Shown here: in pieces, positions 53,547 to 64,000 of the stretch
How the letters are laid out: each line of letters starts with the position of its first letter
How positions within the stretch are numbered: position 1 is the stretch's first letter
Assembly (NCBI GenBank): GCA_963665115.1
Contig: OY762007.1
Coordinates: forward strand, 8,608,001 to 8,672,000
Reading direction: 5' to 3'
Source of the DNA: an uncultured Rivularia sp.
Lineage (GTDB): Bacteria; Cyanobacteriota; Cyanobacteriia; Cyanobacteriales; Nostocaceae
DNA length: 64,000 nucleotides
The notes under the pieces: model-generated
The model's input: only the letters and a program-made list of their open reading frames with translations
Database searches by the model: none
What the model was told of the DNA's origin: nothing
Position numbers and translations under genes: made by a program

Positions 53547-54989
53547 ATGAATGCTGATGAAGCATTAGAAATTGTAGAGTCACGGGTACTATCTCGCCAA
53601 CTTTCTCCCATAGAACGTTTGATTTTCTGTCAATCCTGGGAGGGCAAAGGGTATGTGGAAATGGTGGAGGGTTCGGGCTATAATAGCAATTACTTCAAGG
53701 AAGTTGGTTCCAGGTTGTGGCATAGTCTTTCTGAGATTATGGGACAGAAAGTCAGCAAAAAGAATCTTCAAATAGTTTTTAAGGATTATCAGCCCAATTC
53801 TACGGCTAAAAGCCATCAAATCGAATCATTGCAGTTATTCAAACAGATAACAGTAGAAGATAATTTAGAAAATACATTTTTAGAATCGAGTATTTGCAAT
53901 AATATTTTAGAAGAAAGTTCGCCGTTGCAGAATGAAGCGCCTTTAGATTATATAAAAAATTACATAAAATTTCCTAACGGTCCGGTTCCTTTAAATTCTC
54001 CTTTATATATTAAACGTCCCCCAGTTGAAGAATTAGCTACTAAAGAAATTCATAAGCCGGGATGCGTGATTCGGATCAAAGCCCCCAAGAAAATGGGAAA
54101 AAGTTCTTTGCTTCATCGAATTATTGCTCATACAGTTTCTAGCAATTATAAAACCGTTTATATAGACTTTCAAGAAGCTGATAATATAATTTTTACTTCC
54201 CTCGATAAATTTCTGCGCTGGTTTTGTGCCAATGTCAGCAGACAATTGCACCTTGCTCCCCAACTTGATGATTATTGGGATGAAGACATGGGAAGTAAGG
54301 TTAGCTGTAAAATCTATTTTGAAGCATATTTACTTTCTCAAATTAACTCCCCGATAGTTTTGGCATTAAATGAAGTCAATCGAATTTTTGAATATCCGAC
54401 AATTGCCCGCGATTTTCTACCAATGCTGAGATTTTGGCATGAAGTGGCGCAACAGGTAGAAAATTGGCAAAAAATGCGCTTAATTGTGGTTCATACTACC
54501 GAAAGCTACGTTCCGCTCCACATTAATCAATCTCCTTTTAACGTTGGATTGGCGATCGCACTTCCACATTTCAATCTAGAACAGGTGCAGGATTTAGCGC
54601 AACGTTACGGACTAAATTGGCAAGATACAACGGCTACGCAGCAATTAATGGAAATGGTGGGGGGACATCCTTATTTAATTAATTTAGCGCTTTATTATCT
54701 TTGTCGGGAAGAAATTGCATTGCCCAACTTATTGCAAAAAGCACCAACACAAACAGGGATTTATAGCAACCATCTGCGGGGTCATTTATTGACGTTGCGC
54801 GAACAGCCAGAATTGTCAATAGCGTTAAATAAAATTGTCACGACTGATAATAGTGTAGAAATAGATGCAATTGTTGCTTATAAATTAGAAAGCATGGGTT
54901 TAATACAATTAGATGGAAATCTATCTAAGCCTAGTTGCGAATTGTATCGTCTTTATTTTCAGGAAAATCTTTCAACCAGTGAACAGTGA
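53547..54989 (+). CDS. N-terminal winged-HTH + AAA_35 (STAND-type) NTPase
   Basis: 'LSPIERLIFCQSWEGKGYVEM...KEVGSRLWHSLS...KVSKKN' HTH; Walker A 'APKKMGKSS'; 'QSPFNVG'; 'VGGHPYL'. Confidence 0.82.
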   Translation: MNADEALEIVESRVLSRQLSPIERLIFCQSWEGKGYVEMVEGSGYNSNYFKEVGSRLWHSLSEIMGQKVSKKNLQIVFKDYQPNSTAKSHQIESLQLFKQITVEDNLENTFLESSICNNILEESSPLQNEAPLDYIKNYIKFPNGPVPLNSPLYIKRPPVEELATKEIHKPGCVIRIKAPKKMGKSSLLHRIIAHTVSSNYKTVYIDFQEADNIIFTSLDKFLRWFCANVSRQLHLAPQLDDYWDEDMGSKVSCKIYFEAYLLSQINSPIVLALNEVNRIFEYPTIARDFLPMLRFWHEVAQQVENWQKMRLIVVHTTESYVPLHINQSPFNVGLAIALPHFNLEQVQDLAQRYGLNWQDTTATQQLMEMVGGHPYLINLALYYLCREEIALPNLLQKAPTQTGIYSNHLRGHLLTLREQPELSIALNKIVTTDNSVEIDAIVAYKLESMGLIQLDGNLSKPSCELYRLYFQENLSTSEQ

Positions 54990-55155
54990 GTAGTTATCAG
55001 TTATAAATAATCAGTGAGCAGTTATCAGTTAATAGAGGGGGAAGAGGGGGAAGAGGGGGAAGAGGGGGTAGAATAAATTACTTCTGTATTACTAACTCAT
55101 AATCCAAAATATAAAACAAAACAAACCAAACGCATCCGTTGTTAAGATCCAAAAT

Positions 55156-55197
55156 TAACCTTTAACTTTTAACCTTTAACCTTTAACCTTTAACCTT
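55156..55197. repeat. Heptamer STRR (TAACCTT)n; a GAGGGGGAA x4 array lies nearby at 55035-55070
   Basis: Direct reading. Confidence 0.75.
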
Positions 55198-55201
55198 CAT
55201 A

Positions 55202-58001
55202 GTGAAATACCAAATCGGTGGAAGTCTTAAACAAGATGCACCAAGTTACATTGAAAGAAAGGCGGATTCTCAAATATACGATGCACTTCTTGAAGGAGAA
55301 TTTTGTTATGTTTTCAATTCCCGGCAAATGGGTAAATCTTCGCTGTTAGTAAGAAACTCGCGCTCGGTTACAAGAGCAAGGATTTCTCTGTACTAGTATC
55401 GATATGACTAATATTGGTAGCCAAAATATTACCCCATTGCAATGGTATAAAGGTGTAGTTGGCGATATTTGGTCTGGTTTTGGACTGTCGGGGAAAGTAA
55501 ATCTGAAAACATGGTGGCGCGATCGCGAAGATATTTCATTGTTACAAAAATTAAGTCGATTCATTTCGGAAGTCTTGCTCGTAGAATTTTCCTCCGAACG
55601 ATTATTTATATTTATTGATGAAATCGATAATATTCTCAGTCTTGATTTCTCTGTAGATGATTTTTTTGCTTTAATTAGATATTGCTATAACCAAAGAGCG
55701 ATCGATCCAGCATACGAAAGAATTACTTTTGCAATGTTTGGCGTTGCGACACCTACCGATTTAATCCAAAATAAAAAATCTACACCGTTTAATATTGGAA
55801 AATCCATCGAATTACGAGGTTTTACCTTAGATGAATCTCTCTGTTTAGCACGTGGATTGAATCTAAGTACGGTTGAATATTCTCAAGCTGTTTTGCAAGA
55901 GATATTAAAATGGACGGGGGGACAACCTTTTTTAACTCAGAAAATTTGTCATCTTGTAGCAACAGAGGAAGGGAGAGGGGGAGAGGGGGTAGAGGGGGAG
56001 AGAGTTCAAAACCCATTCAATACCCAATTCCCAATGCCCCATGCCCAATGCCCCATGCCCAATGCCCAAACTTTAATTTCCGATATTGTGGAATCGCGCA
56101 TTATTGAACGTTGGGAGTCTCAGGATGAACCGTTGCATTTACGAACTATCAGAGATCGTATTTTGAATAACCAGGTAATTGCAGCTTCTTTATTAGGGTT
56201 ATATCAGCAAATTATATCGGGTAAAGATGTTTTAGCTGATGATAGTAAGGAAAAATTAGATTTACTTTTATCGGGGTTAGTAATTAGCGATCGAGGAAAA
56301 CTGAAGGTAAAAAATCCGATCTATCAAAGAATATTTAATTTAAAATGGGTTGCGAAACAAGTTGATAATTTACGTCCTTATTATCAAAAAATAAATACCT
56401 GGATTGCTTCCGGACAGCAAGATAAATCACTATTATTAACAGGAGAAACATTACAAAGAGCAATAGCTTGGTTGGAGAATAAACAGTATTCTGACATGGA
56501 TTATCGTTTTATTACTGCTAGTCAAGCAGAAGCTAATAAGGAAATTGAAAGAGATTTAAATACAGAAAAAGTTGATAAACAACAGGCAAAATTTGCTCTG
56601 CAAGCGGCAAATGAAGCTAGTCGAATATTAGCACAAGCGCGGAGACTAGCTCAACGAAATACCTTTCATATCCGTCTTGGTAAACGTTGGATTATCGGGA
56701 TTACCGTAAGCATTTCCTGTTTGATTATACTGCTGCGCTGTACTGGTTTATTGCAGCAGCTAGAGTGGAATACTTTGGATAGATTTATTCAAAATCGTCC
56801 TTCAGTAATTGACTCCCGCGTGGTTATAATTACTATTGATGAACCGGATTTACAACAAATTGGACAGTATCCGATTCCCGATCAAGTTTTAGCTGAAACA
56901 CTTAAAAAATTAAAAAGCTATAATCCGAGAAATGTAGGTTTGGACTTATACAGAGATTTACCAGTAAATCCCGGTTACGATGAGTTAATGCAAATTTTTG
57001 AAACTACCCCTAATTTAATTGGCATTGAAAAGTTTGTCGGTTCTAAAGTTGCACCATCACCAGTTTTAGATAAATTGGGACAAGTAGGATTAGCAGATCA
57101 AGTATTGGATGCAGACGGCAAAGTACGTCGTGCTTTGCTTGCAGTGGGTTCCGCCAAAACCAAAATACGTTATAGCCTTAGTCTGCGGTTAGCGCTAAAT
57201 TATTTAAAATCAGAAGGTATTACACCACAACCTCAGAAAAATAATCCTTATCATATACAGTTGGGAAAAACAGTATTAATTCCCTTTCAATCGAACAACG
57301 GCGGTTATGTTAACGCTGATACTGGAGGCTACCAAATATTACTTAATTACCACGGTACGATACAAAATTTTGATAACTTTTCAATAACACAATTATTAAA
57401 CGATAGAATACCACCACAAGCAATCCAAAATCGAGTTGTTTTAATCGGCTCAACTGCACAAAGCATTAACGACTTATTTCAAACACCTTACAGTACTAAT
57501 TTGTTTGGATTTCCTCAACAAATGGCAGGAGTGACAATCAATGCAAATATCGTCAGTCAAATTATTAGCGCTGCTTTGGAAGGTAAGCCGATGTTGCGGG
57601 TATGGTGGGAGCCTATAGAATGGCTGTGGATTTTATTATGGTGTGGAATTGGTGCGGTATTAAGTTGGCGTTGGAAGTCCATAAAAATAGTAGTAGCGGC
57701 TATAATCATTGCAGCAGGGGGATTGGTAGGAGTTTGTTATCTACTATTTAACTTCGGTTGGTGGATTCCGGTTATTCCCCCGATTCTGGGATTGGTAATT
57801 GCAGCTATTAGTTTACCAATTTTGACTAATAGGCAATTAGCAAAAATTCAGCTTCGTCAAATTGTAGAATTGTTGGTTATGGAAACCTTTGAGCAACCAG
57901 CAGCAGCACAGATTGCAATTGAATATCTTAAGCAAGGGGAAAGTGAAGAAAATCAAGCTTTAATTCAGGAAATAATTTTTAATGTTTATTTAGATAGGTA
58001 A
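55202..58001 (+). CDS. AAA_35 NTPase + CHASE2 + 3 TM membrane protein; frameshift at ~55355
   Basis: 'YQIGGSL', 'NSRQMGKSS', 'IFIDEID', 'TPFNIG', 'WTGGQPFLTQK'. CHASE2 motifs 'IITIDEPD', 'VGLDLYRD', 'DADGKVRR', 'VLIGSTA', 'MAGV'. C-terminal TMs. Confidence 0.85.
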
Positions 58002-58039
58002 TATGACGGTTTGAGGTATGTTTTTCTGAAATCGAATAT

Positions 58040-58117
58040 CTTACTTTTCCTACTTTTCTAACTATTAATAAGTACTAAATACTACTATTTTCTGCTTTTC
58101 CTACTTTTGAAAGTAAG
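58040..58117. promoter_or_regulatory. Putative operator: two clusters of 9-bp repeats
   Basis: cttactttt-cctactttt (58040-58057), and tctgctttt-cctactttt-gaaagtaag (58091-58117). Confidence 0.5.
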
Positions 58118-58305
58118 CAAAATATCAGATATAAAGTATAAAAATAAGTTATTTTACTTTTATATTTTACCGAAGGAATTTTGTTATATAATTACTTTTG
58201 TAAGTCAAACAAATTAGAAAGTAATTTTCACACCTTTTAAAGTGATTCAAAATTCAATTTTGATTTTAAGCTGTAAAGTAAAAGAATATATAAAGGGGCA
58301 AAAAA

Positions 58306-59184
58306 ATGGGTAATTCGATTATTGAGCAACTCGACGAGCTAGCATCAGACAACCTAACGGTAAAGACACTAAATGCTCTAGATTTTGTCGTACCTGGAGA
58401 ATGGGATAATGTCGTAGGTTGTGATAAAACAATTTCAGTTATAACCGGAGCCAACGATGCAGATACTGTTATGCAAATCCGCAATCGGATGATTGAATTG
58501 TATAACGATAGGGATAACGGCTATCAAAAAGCCATGTGGTATTACAACCTTGTAGAAAATGCCGACAAAGCCTTGGGTGCGGCTGCAATGGCAAACAAGA
58601 TTGGTGAAAAAGTCGGTTTCCTTAACTTCTTAAACAAAGTTACTCCTAAAGCAGATACAATTCAATCTATTGATTTGAGCTTGAAAATAGTCGCCGAGTT
58701 AATCGCTTATTCTAAACTTAACGGCATTCAACTCAACCCTGGAAAGTTTGTATCTGAATTGCGAGAAAACTACTGCGGAGCTTCCCTAATGCGAATGGCT
58801 GCTTTAGTTTGTATCGATGGCTTGCTTCCTTTAGGACCAGACTTTATGCAAAAAGTTCATGATACCCTTAATTCTAAAGGCAGAGACGCTTTGGAAAAAA
58901 ATCCTGCTTTTGCACCCATTGCAGACTCCATTCCCAGCGATGACAAAGTAGGCTTTATCGATTCAACCTTCACCGCAGTTTCCGGGTGGATGGATAATCT
59001 AATAAGTTCTACGGGTTTAACACCGCAATCAATTTCAGACCATATGCATGGATTTATTGAGTTTTCCGACGATAAATTAGATTTTGTCGCCGCTTTTCTC
59101 GACCAGAGTACCAATTACTTCGCGCATACTGGAACTCAAACCGTGGCTCGAAAATTGATTTTGCGTGCTGCTGAAGAAGTATAG
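58306..59184 (+). CDS. Conserved cyanobacterial hypothetical protein
   Basis: 292-aa ORF; 'LNALDFVVPGEW', 'LMRMAALVCIDGLLPLGPDF', 'NYFAHTGTQTVAR'. Confidence 0.75.
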   Translation: MGNSIIEQLDELASDNLTVKTLNALDFVVPGEWDNVVGCDKTISVITGANDADTVMQIRNRMIELYNDRDNGYQKAMWYYNLVENADKALGAAAMANKIGEKVGFLNFLNKVTPKADTIQSIDLSLKIVAELIAYSKLNGIQLNPGKFVSELRENYCGASLMRMAALVCIDGLLPLGPDFMQKVHDTLNSKGRDALEKNPAFAPIADSIPSDDKVGFIDSTFTAVSGWMDNLISSTGLTPQSISDHMHGFIEFSDDKLDFVAAFLDQSTNYFAHTGTQTVARKLILRAAEEV

Positions 59185-59311
59185 GAAGGTAAGGCTTGTA
59201 GTTGCGCTATGCCCTAGCGGGCACGCTACGCTAACAGCGCTTAAGATTTCTGCGAAGACAGTGCAACTACGAACATAAAATAAAAAATATAGCTAACAGG
59301 ATAAATTAATC

Positions 59312-59710
59312 ATGTTTAAAAACATCAAAGATCAAGCCCAAGAGAAAGCAGCCAAGATGGGAGCAGCCGCACAAGACCAAATTGATGGTATCATCGATGA
59401 ATTCAATGCAATGCTTCCCTTTGCGGAAGAATTAGGGTTAAGTGTAGCTAGTTTTGATATAGAAGCGGGATTGTTACCACAAATCAAAACTTCTCTAGTA
59501 GGTTCGATTGATAAGATTAACAATGAGGCTGTTGAGCGGATTATCAGCGAGCATGAATCGAATAAGTTACTGGTAGCGGTGCTTAATGCGGTGTTGATGA
59601 CTAAGAATATCCATCAACGACTCGAAGGAGCCTATATATCAGTTCTCAAGGATTTGGTGATTGATATTAAATTGGGTGTTCCTCCGAGTATTTCTTGTCG
59701 GTTTAAGTAA
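59312..59710 (+). CDS. Hypothetical protein
   Basis: 132-aa ORF with an upstream AGGA, co-oriented with its neighbours. Confidence 0.7.
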   Translation: MFKNIKDQAQEKAAKMGAAAQDQIDGIIDEFNAMLPFAEELGLSVASFDIEAGLLPQIKTSLVGSIDKINNEAVERIISEHESNKLLVAVLNAVLMTKNIHQRLEGAYISVLKDLVIDIKLGVPPSISCRFK

Positions 59711-60259
59711 CCATTTATGGTCGCTCATCAAGATCAATCTACCATACTTGATATAAAAACTCGTTCTCGAAGCTACATAAGCATATATACCTCTGATTTG
59801 ATAGTCTGCGAAAGTAGGCTATAGCCGCTTTCAGTTGAGTGCAATACAAAGCGGCAACCTCACCCCGTCCTTTGGACACCCCTCTCCTTTATAAGGAGAG
59901 GGGAAGGAGGTTTCAATCTTCTTCTGGCTTGATAAATATCCCTATTAAATTAAACATTAAACAGCAGTAGAGGTCATAAAATGGAAAGAATAGAACAAGA
60001 ATTCAATTCTAAGTGGGTGTGCAAAATTATTTGTGTCATTACGAGCGACAGCGTTAGCGAAGCGTGTCCGATAGGACATAGTAATCGCAAAGTGCTGCGA
60101 TGATCCACACCTTCGGTGAATGCTTCGTTTCACTTCGTTCCACTCGCAATGACAAATACACAATTAATTTTGCCTAAGTACTTATAGTTATTAAACAAAC
60201 AGATTGAACAATTGCAAAAACAAATTCAATCTTAAATAGTTAATGAGGGAAAATAAAAA

Positions 60260-62545
60260 ATGGCTTCTCAAACTGACACAGTTATAAAATTTGATGAGAC
60301 TTTTTATCTCAAACGTAAAAATGGTCAACAGGTTCAATGTTTAACTTCTGCAATAAATGAAGGATTCCCCACAAAACGCAATTTTCCTCGATTAGGTTCG
60401 AGCAAACCAGTTAAACTTCAACTTAAAGGTAAAAATAAAAATAAAACTCATAATCTTAAAAATGGTGACACGGTAAAAATCCGTTCTTTAGAAGAAAATT
60501 TAGGCGACTATGATATTTTAGGTGCTTTTGGGGACAAGCACAATTGCTATTATTGGAAAGATGGTTACGACGATAAAAAACAAAGTTGGCAAATTCATCA
60601 GCTTTCTGGTAATGGCGATGCGATTCGCGACGGAGATGAAGTTTACTTCACCAATGTTTCTTACAGCAATCAAAGACTTGCAGCCGATACTAAATATCCT
60701 GGATATATAACCACTAAGAAAAATGCAACAGATAGATGGATTATTGAAAGCGTTAATAAGAAACAACCAGTAGTTGAATCCAATACTAATACTAAAAATC
60801 CCGCTTCTGTATTTGGTTTATCAGTTGCATCGGGAGATCCATCGGCTACAGGTGTAATTCTTTGGACTAGAATTAATCCAGAAGTTTACAAAAAAGAAGA
60901 GAAACTCACTTATCAGGTTTGTGAAAGCAAAAACTTTGATAATTGTGTAATTGATGAGGAAGTATCAGTATCATTTGGCGAGGAAACAGATTATACGGTT
61001 CATGTAGATTTAGATGGGCGTTTAGAAGCGTATAAGACTTATTTTTATCGGTTTCACTACGCCGGAGTATATAGTAAAACTGGTCGATGTAAAACGCTGC
61101 AAGCACCAGATAAAGATATGTCCAGTCTTCGTCTAGCGGTTATAACTTGCAACGATTACAGCACTGGTTATTTCAATGCTTTCTACCATCTAGCAGAATT
61201 AGAAGAACAAAAACAAGATGTAGATTTCGTGGTTCACTTAGGGGATTTTGTATATGAATATGCTCAATATCCCCCTAGTTACGGATATGTTTACCGTGAA
61301 GATATCAAATGGAAGCAAGATCCTCGCTACAAATCCGAAGCAGACGACATCCAAAGAGCTATATCATTAGAAAATTTCCAGCAGATTTATCGTACCTACC
61401 GTCAAGATTTAGCGCTTCAGGCTGCGATGGAACAACATACCTGGATCGTAACTTTAGATGACCATGAAGTTGCTGATAATTGGTATTGGAATTACGAAGA
61501 GGAAACTATAAATGTAGATAAAGCACATCCTGCTTTTAATAAGACAAAAAAAGAAAAGAAAGACCTTTATAACAACGCGATTAAAGCTTGGCGGCAGTAT
61601 GTTCCTGCTCGACTGGAAAAAGTTGACAAAGATAAAATAGATAAAGAACTTGAACCCCACGAATATCATATTTACAGGCGTTTTCACTTCGGTAAATTAG
61701 TGGATTTTTACCTAACTGATAGCCGTAGTTACAGAAGTAAACCACGACCAGATTTAGGTGCTGATGACAAAGTAAATCCTCAGCCAACTATGCTAGGTCA
61801 AAAGCAAAAAGAATGGTTAACTGATGGGATTAAAACATCAGATGCTACTTGGAAGGTGTGGGGTAATCAAACACTTTTAGCGACTTCATCAATAAATACA
61901 TTCATCGCAAATTATGTAGAAAAAGATCCGGATATCATTGACGATTGGCAAGCATACATGGGGGAACGTAAGTCTATTTTGCAAGCCATCAAAGACAGCG
62001 AAACCGAAAACCACGACAATAAGAATAACAAGAGTAATTTCGTGGTATTTACCGGGGATATGCACACTTCGATGATTTCTTATCTACATCATGATTTTAC
62101 AGGGGTAGGGAATGGAGATCGTAGTAAAATCGCTGGTGTAGAATTCATGACTCCATCATTAACATCACCAGGAATATCAGAAGGATTGCGAAAAAAAATA
62201 CCTGGCTATATTCCAGATTCTTCAATGATTAATGATGTAATGCAAATGTTGCCGAATATTTTCTCAAGCGACAGCAGTGATGATGCTGGTGAAGGAAGTA
62301 CACTGCATAAAGTTACAGCTGGACTGATGAGATTTAATACCTACATCAAACACTATGATTCATCCATTAACGGATATGCGATCGCCGAATTTACTGCCTC
62401 GGAATTGAAATGGGAAGTATACGCAGTTAATAAATCCGATCACCGTGAAGCAGACGATGGAAGCAACATTTCTAAAAGAGGAGCTAACAAGCATCTTGCT
62501 AAAACTATGAGGTACGATCCAAGCACGATTACGCTGCATGGTTAA
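60260..62545 (+). CDS. phoD: Alkaline phosphatase D family protein with an extra N-terminal domain and no evident signal peptide
   Basis: 'SVASGDP...VILWTR', 'VVHLGDFVYE', 'DDHEVADN', 'DSRSYRS', 'TMLGQKQKEWL', 'TGDMH'. Confidence 0.88.
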   Translation: MASQTDTVIKFDETFYLKRKNGQQVQCLTSAINEGFPTKRNFPRLGSSKPVKLQLKGKNKNKTHNLKNGDTVKIRSLEENLGDYDILGAFGDKHNCYYWKDGYDDKKQSWQIHQLSGNGDAIRDGDEVYFTNVSYSNQRLAADTKYPGYITTKKNATDRWIIESVNKKQPVVESNTNTKNPASVFGLSVASGDPSATGVILWTRINPEVYKKEEKLTYQVCESKNFDNCVIDEEVSVSFGEETDYTVHVDLDGRLEAYKTYFYRFHYAGVYSKTGRCKTLQAPDKDMSSLRLAVITCNDYSTGYFNAFYHLAELEEQKQDVDFVVHLGDFVYEYAQYPPSYGYVYREDIKWKQDPRYKSEADDIQRAISLENFQQIYRTYRQDLALQAAMEQHTWIVTLDDHEVADNWYWNYEEETINVDKAHPAFNKTKKEKKDLYNNAIKAWRQYVPARLEKVDKDKIDKELEPHEYHIYRRFHFGKLVDFYLTDSRSYRSKPRPDLGADDKVNPQPTMLGQKQKEWLTDGIKTSDATWKVWGNQTLLATSSINTFIANYVEKDPDIIDDWQAYMGERKSILQAIKDSETENHDNKNNKSNFVVFTGDMHTSMISYLHHDFTGVGNGDRSKIAGVEFMTPSLTSPGISEGLRKKIPGYIPDSSMINDVMQMLPNIFSSDSSDDAGEGSTLHKVTAGLMRFNTYIKHYDSSINGYAIAEFTASELKWEVYAVNKSDHREADDGSNISKRGANKHLAKTMRYDPSTITLHG

Positions 62546-62843
62546 TTCCTTAAATACCCTTTTCAAGTGGGGAAGTGTGAAACTCCACTTTTCCCCATAA
62601 ATTGGGTTAGTAACTGTAATCAAATATTACAAGGAATTTAAGGCATGAATATACAATCTCCAAAGACTTTTAATGTCGGTTTCAACCCCCAATTCTGGGG
62701 GAGAAATGTATTTTAAATAAAACCAATACCCCCCCCAAAATTGTGGGTTACAGGGCAGGCGATTCAGGCAGCTAATGTCAAATAACAATTGGGAATTCAT
62801 ATCGCCATAAGGCAACGCCCAAGAAATTAACGCTCAAATAAAA

Positions 62844-63022
62844 CTGACATCTTGCACCAGTTGCGATTAGCCCCAACACCCACCTCGGAATCAATTCCGA
62901 GGCTAATAGCTTAAGTCTACTGAAGTAGACTAAAAGCCTTACCCAGTCCTATTTATAGGACTTTTGTTATGAGCCAGGGGTTTGCAACCCCTGGCGGTGT
63001 TGAGAATGGTGCAAGATGTCAG
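62844..63022. mobile_element. MITE with CTGACATCTTGCACCA TIRs
   Basis: Perfect 16-bp inverted ends; overlaps the stop codon of the next gene. Confidence 0.75.
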
Positions 63023-64000
63023 ATAAAAGCGATCGCCTTTTCCTTATTGAAGCTGCATTCACCAAAATATTCCCGGTATAACCCGCAGCTAACTGTGGCA
63101 AGATTTCCTACCAGATGCACCAATCCCAAACTTTTTAATTTAAATGCGACTTCTTGCTCTAAATAAGTTGGTGTAGTTTCTTTAATTACTTTTTGAAAAC
63201 CCTTTAGTAAATTATGATTTTGCTCAAGATGCCACAATTGTTGGTGTAAATGTTGGTTAAAAATACTTGTATTTGTAGCTGCATTTTGCATTAAACTTTT
63301 TATAGATATTTGACTTCGGGCGCTGTGATAAAATGCCAGCCGCACTAAATAAGGAAATCCTCCGGTTATTTCCATTAATTGTTCTAATTCTGAAGTTAAA
63401 ATTTCTATTCCATGACGTTGTGCTAAATCCTCTACCTGCAATATTGTAAAGGGAGATAATTCAATTGCTAATCCGATATTAAACGGCGATCTATTGATTG
63501 GCAAAGGAATATAAACATCGGTAGAGTTAATAATAACTAATCGCAACTTTTGCCAAAGATCAACATTTTTAGCTTCCTCGTGCCAGCTTCGTAATAATGC
63601 TAAAAAATCGCGGGCTATATTTGGATATTCAAATAACTGATTGATTTCATCAAATGCTAATATTGCGGGATGGGAAATTTCTTTTAACAGGTAATCTCGG
63701 AAATAAATAGTACAGTTTACCAAGGCTCCCATATCCTCATCCCAATATTCTTCTAACTTAGATTTTATTCCTAATTGATAAGTGACGTTAGCACACAGCC
63801 ATCGCAACAATTTTTCCGTTGAAGTGAAAATTCTTGTTTCGGCATTATCTAAACTTAAGCTTACGGTTTGATAATTATGAAAACTGCCATAAGCAAGAAT
63901 TCTTGACATTAATGAACTTTTTCCCATTTGTCGCGGTGCTTTGATGCGGATAAATGCACCCGGTTGAAGAATTTCCTGATAACAAGTTTTATCTATATCT
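63019..64000 (-). CDS. AAA_35 NTPase domain protein, 5' part beyond the window
   Basis: The frame is open to the window edge (PGAFIRIKAPRQMGKSS); 'AFDEIN', 'RSPFNIG', 'TGGFPYL'. Paralog of the AAA domain at 53547. Confidence 0.85.
   Translation of the reverse strand, partial: DIDKTCYQEILQPGAFIRIKAPRQMGKSSLMSRILAYGSFHNYQTVSLSLDNAETRIFTSTEKLLRWLCANVTYQLGIKSKLEEYWDEDMGALVNCTIYFRDYLLKEISHPAILAFDEINQLFEYPNIARDFLALLRSWHEEAKNVDLWQKLRLVIINSTDVYIPLPINRSPFNIGLAIELSPFTILQVEDLAQRHGIEILTSELEQLMEITGGFPYLVRLAFYHSARSQISIKSLMQNAATNTSIFNQHLHQQLWHLEQNHNLLKGFQKVIKETTPTYLEQEVAFKLKSLGLVHLVGNLATVSCGLYREYFGECSFNKEKAIAFI

Noticed and set aside
600..55360. Eight split genes (ftsH, cyclase-globin, DUF6421, symporter 2, FHA-1, repeat protein, FHA-2, AAA-CHASE2) as pseudogenes, phase variation or programmed frameshifts
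   Set aside because: Each break is a 1-2 nt gain in a short homopolymer, with both halves otherwise intact. This pattern fits long-read consensus error; short-read polishing would decide.

Overview
AT-rich DNA from a filamentous cyanobacterium (inferred from frequent HIP1 GCGATCGC sites, Nostocales-type short dispersed repeats and the gene content). At least eight genes are split by 1-2 nt gains in short homopolymers, most likely long-read assembly errors. Left to right: (1) ftsH. (2) A minus-strand run: Cache/HAMP-degenerate cyclase-globin sensor, cNMP-binding MscS channel, two PstS-type binding proteins, a PepSY-like protein and an SLH/OprB porin. (3) A ~20-kb divergent biosynthetic gene cluster (13.0-33.0 kb) that I cannot match to a known pathway: two SyrB2/BarB-like Fe/2OG halogenases, a stand-alone NRPS A-T didomain, a CyrJ-like sulfotransferase with a truncated cysC, DUF6421 and DUF3326 proteins, a PLP decarboxylase, a formyltransferase-PLP-fold fusion, a methyltransferase, YggS, a cupin and two Na+/solute symporters. 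Its two arms start from an inverted ~300-bp duplicated upstream region that apparently derives from a phoD paralog. (4) A surface/secreted-protein block: three TPS/haemagglutinin proteins, a repeat/RTX protein, an EgtD-like methyltransferase and a GDSL hydrolase. (5) Three AAA_35 STAND-type NTPases (one with a wHTH, one with CHASE2) and phoD. A 9-bp tandem direct repeat (AAAAGTA[A/G/T]G x2-4) recurs in six long intergenic regions. It may be the operator of the wHTH-AAA_35 protein, which would tie the island into one regulon; this is a hypothesis. All family calls come from motif recognition by eye, not from database searches.
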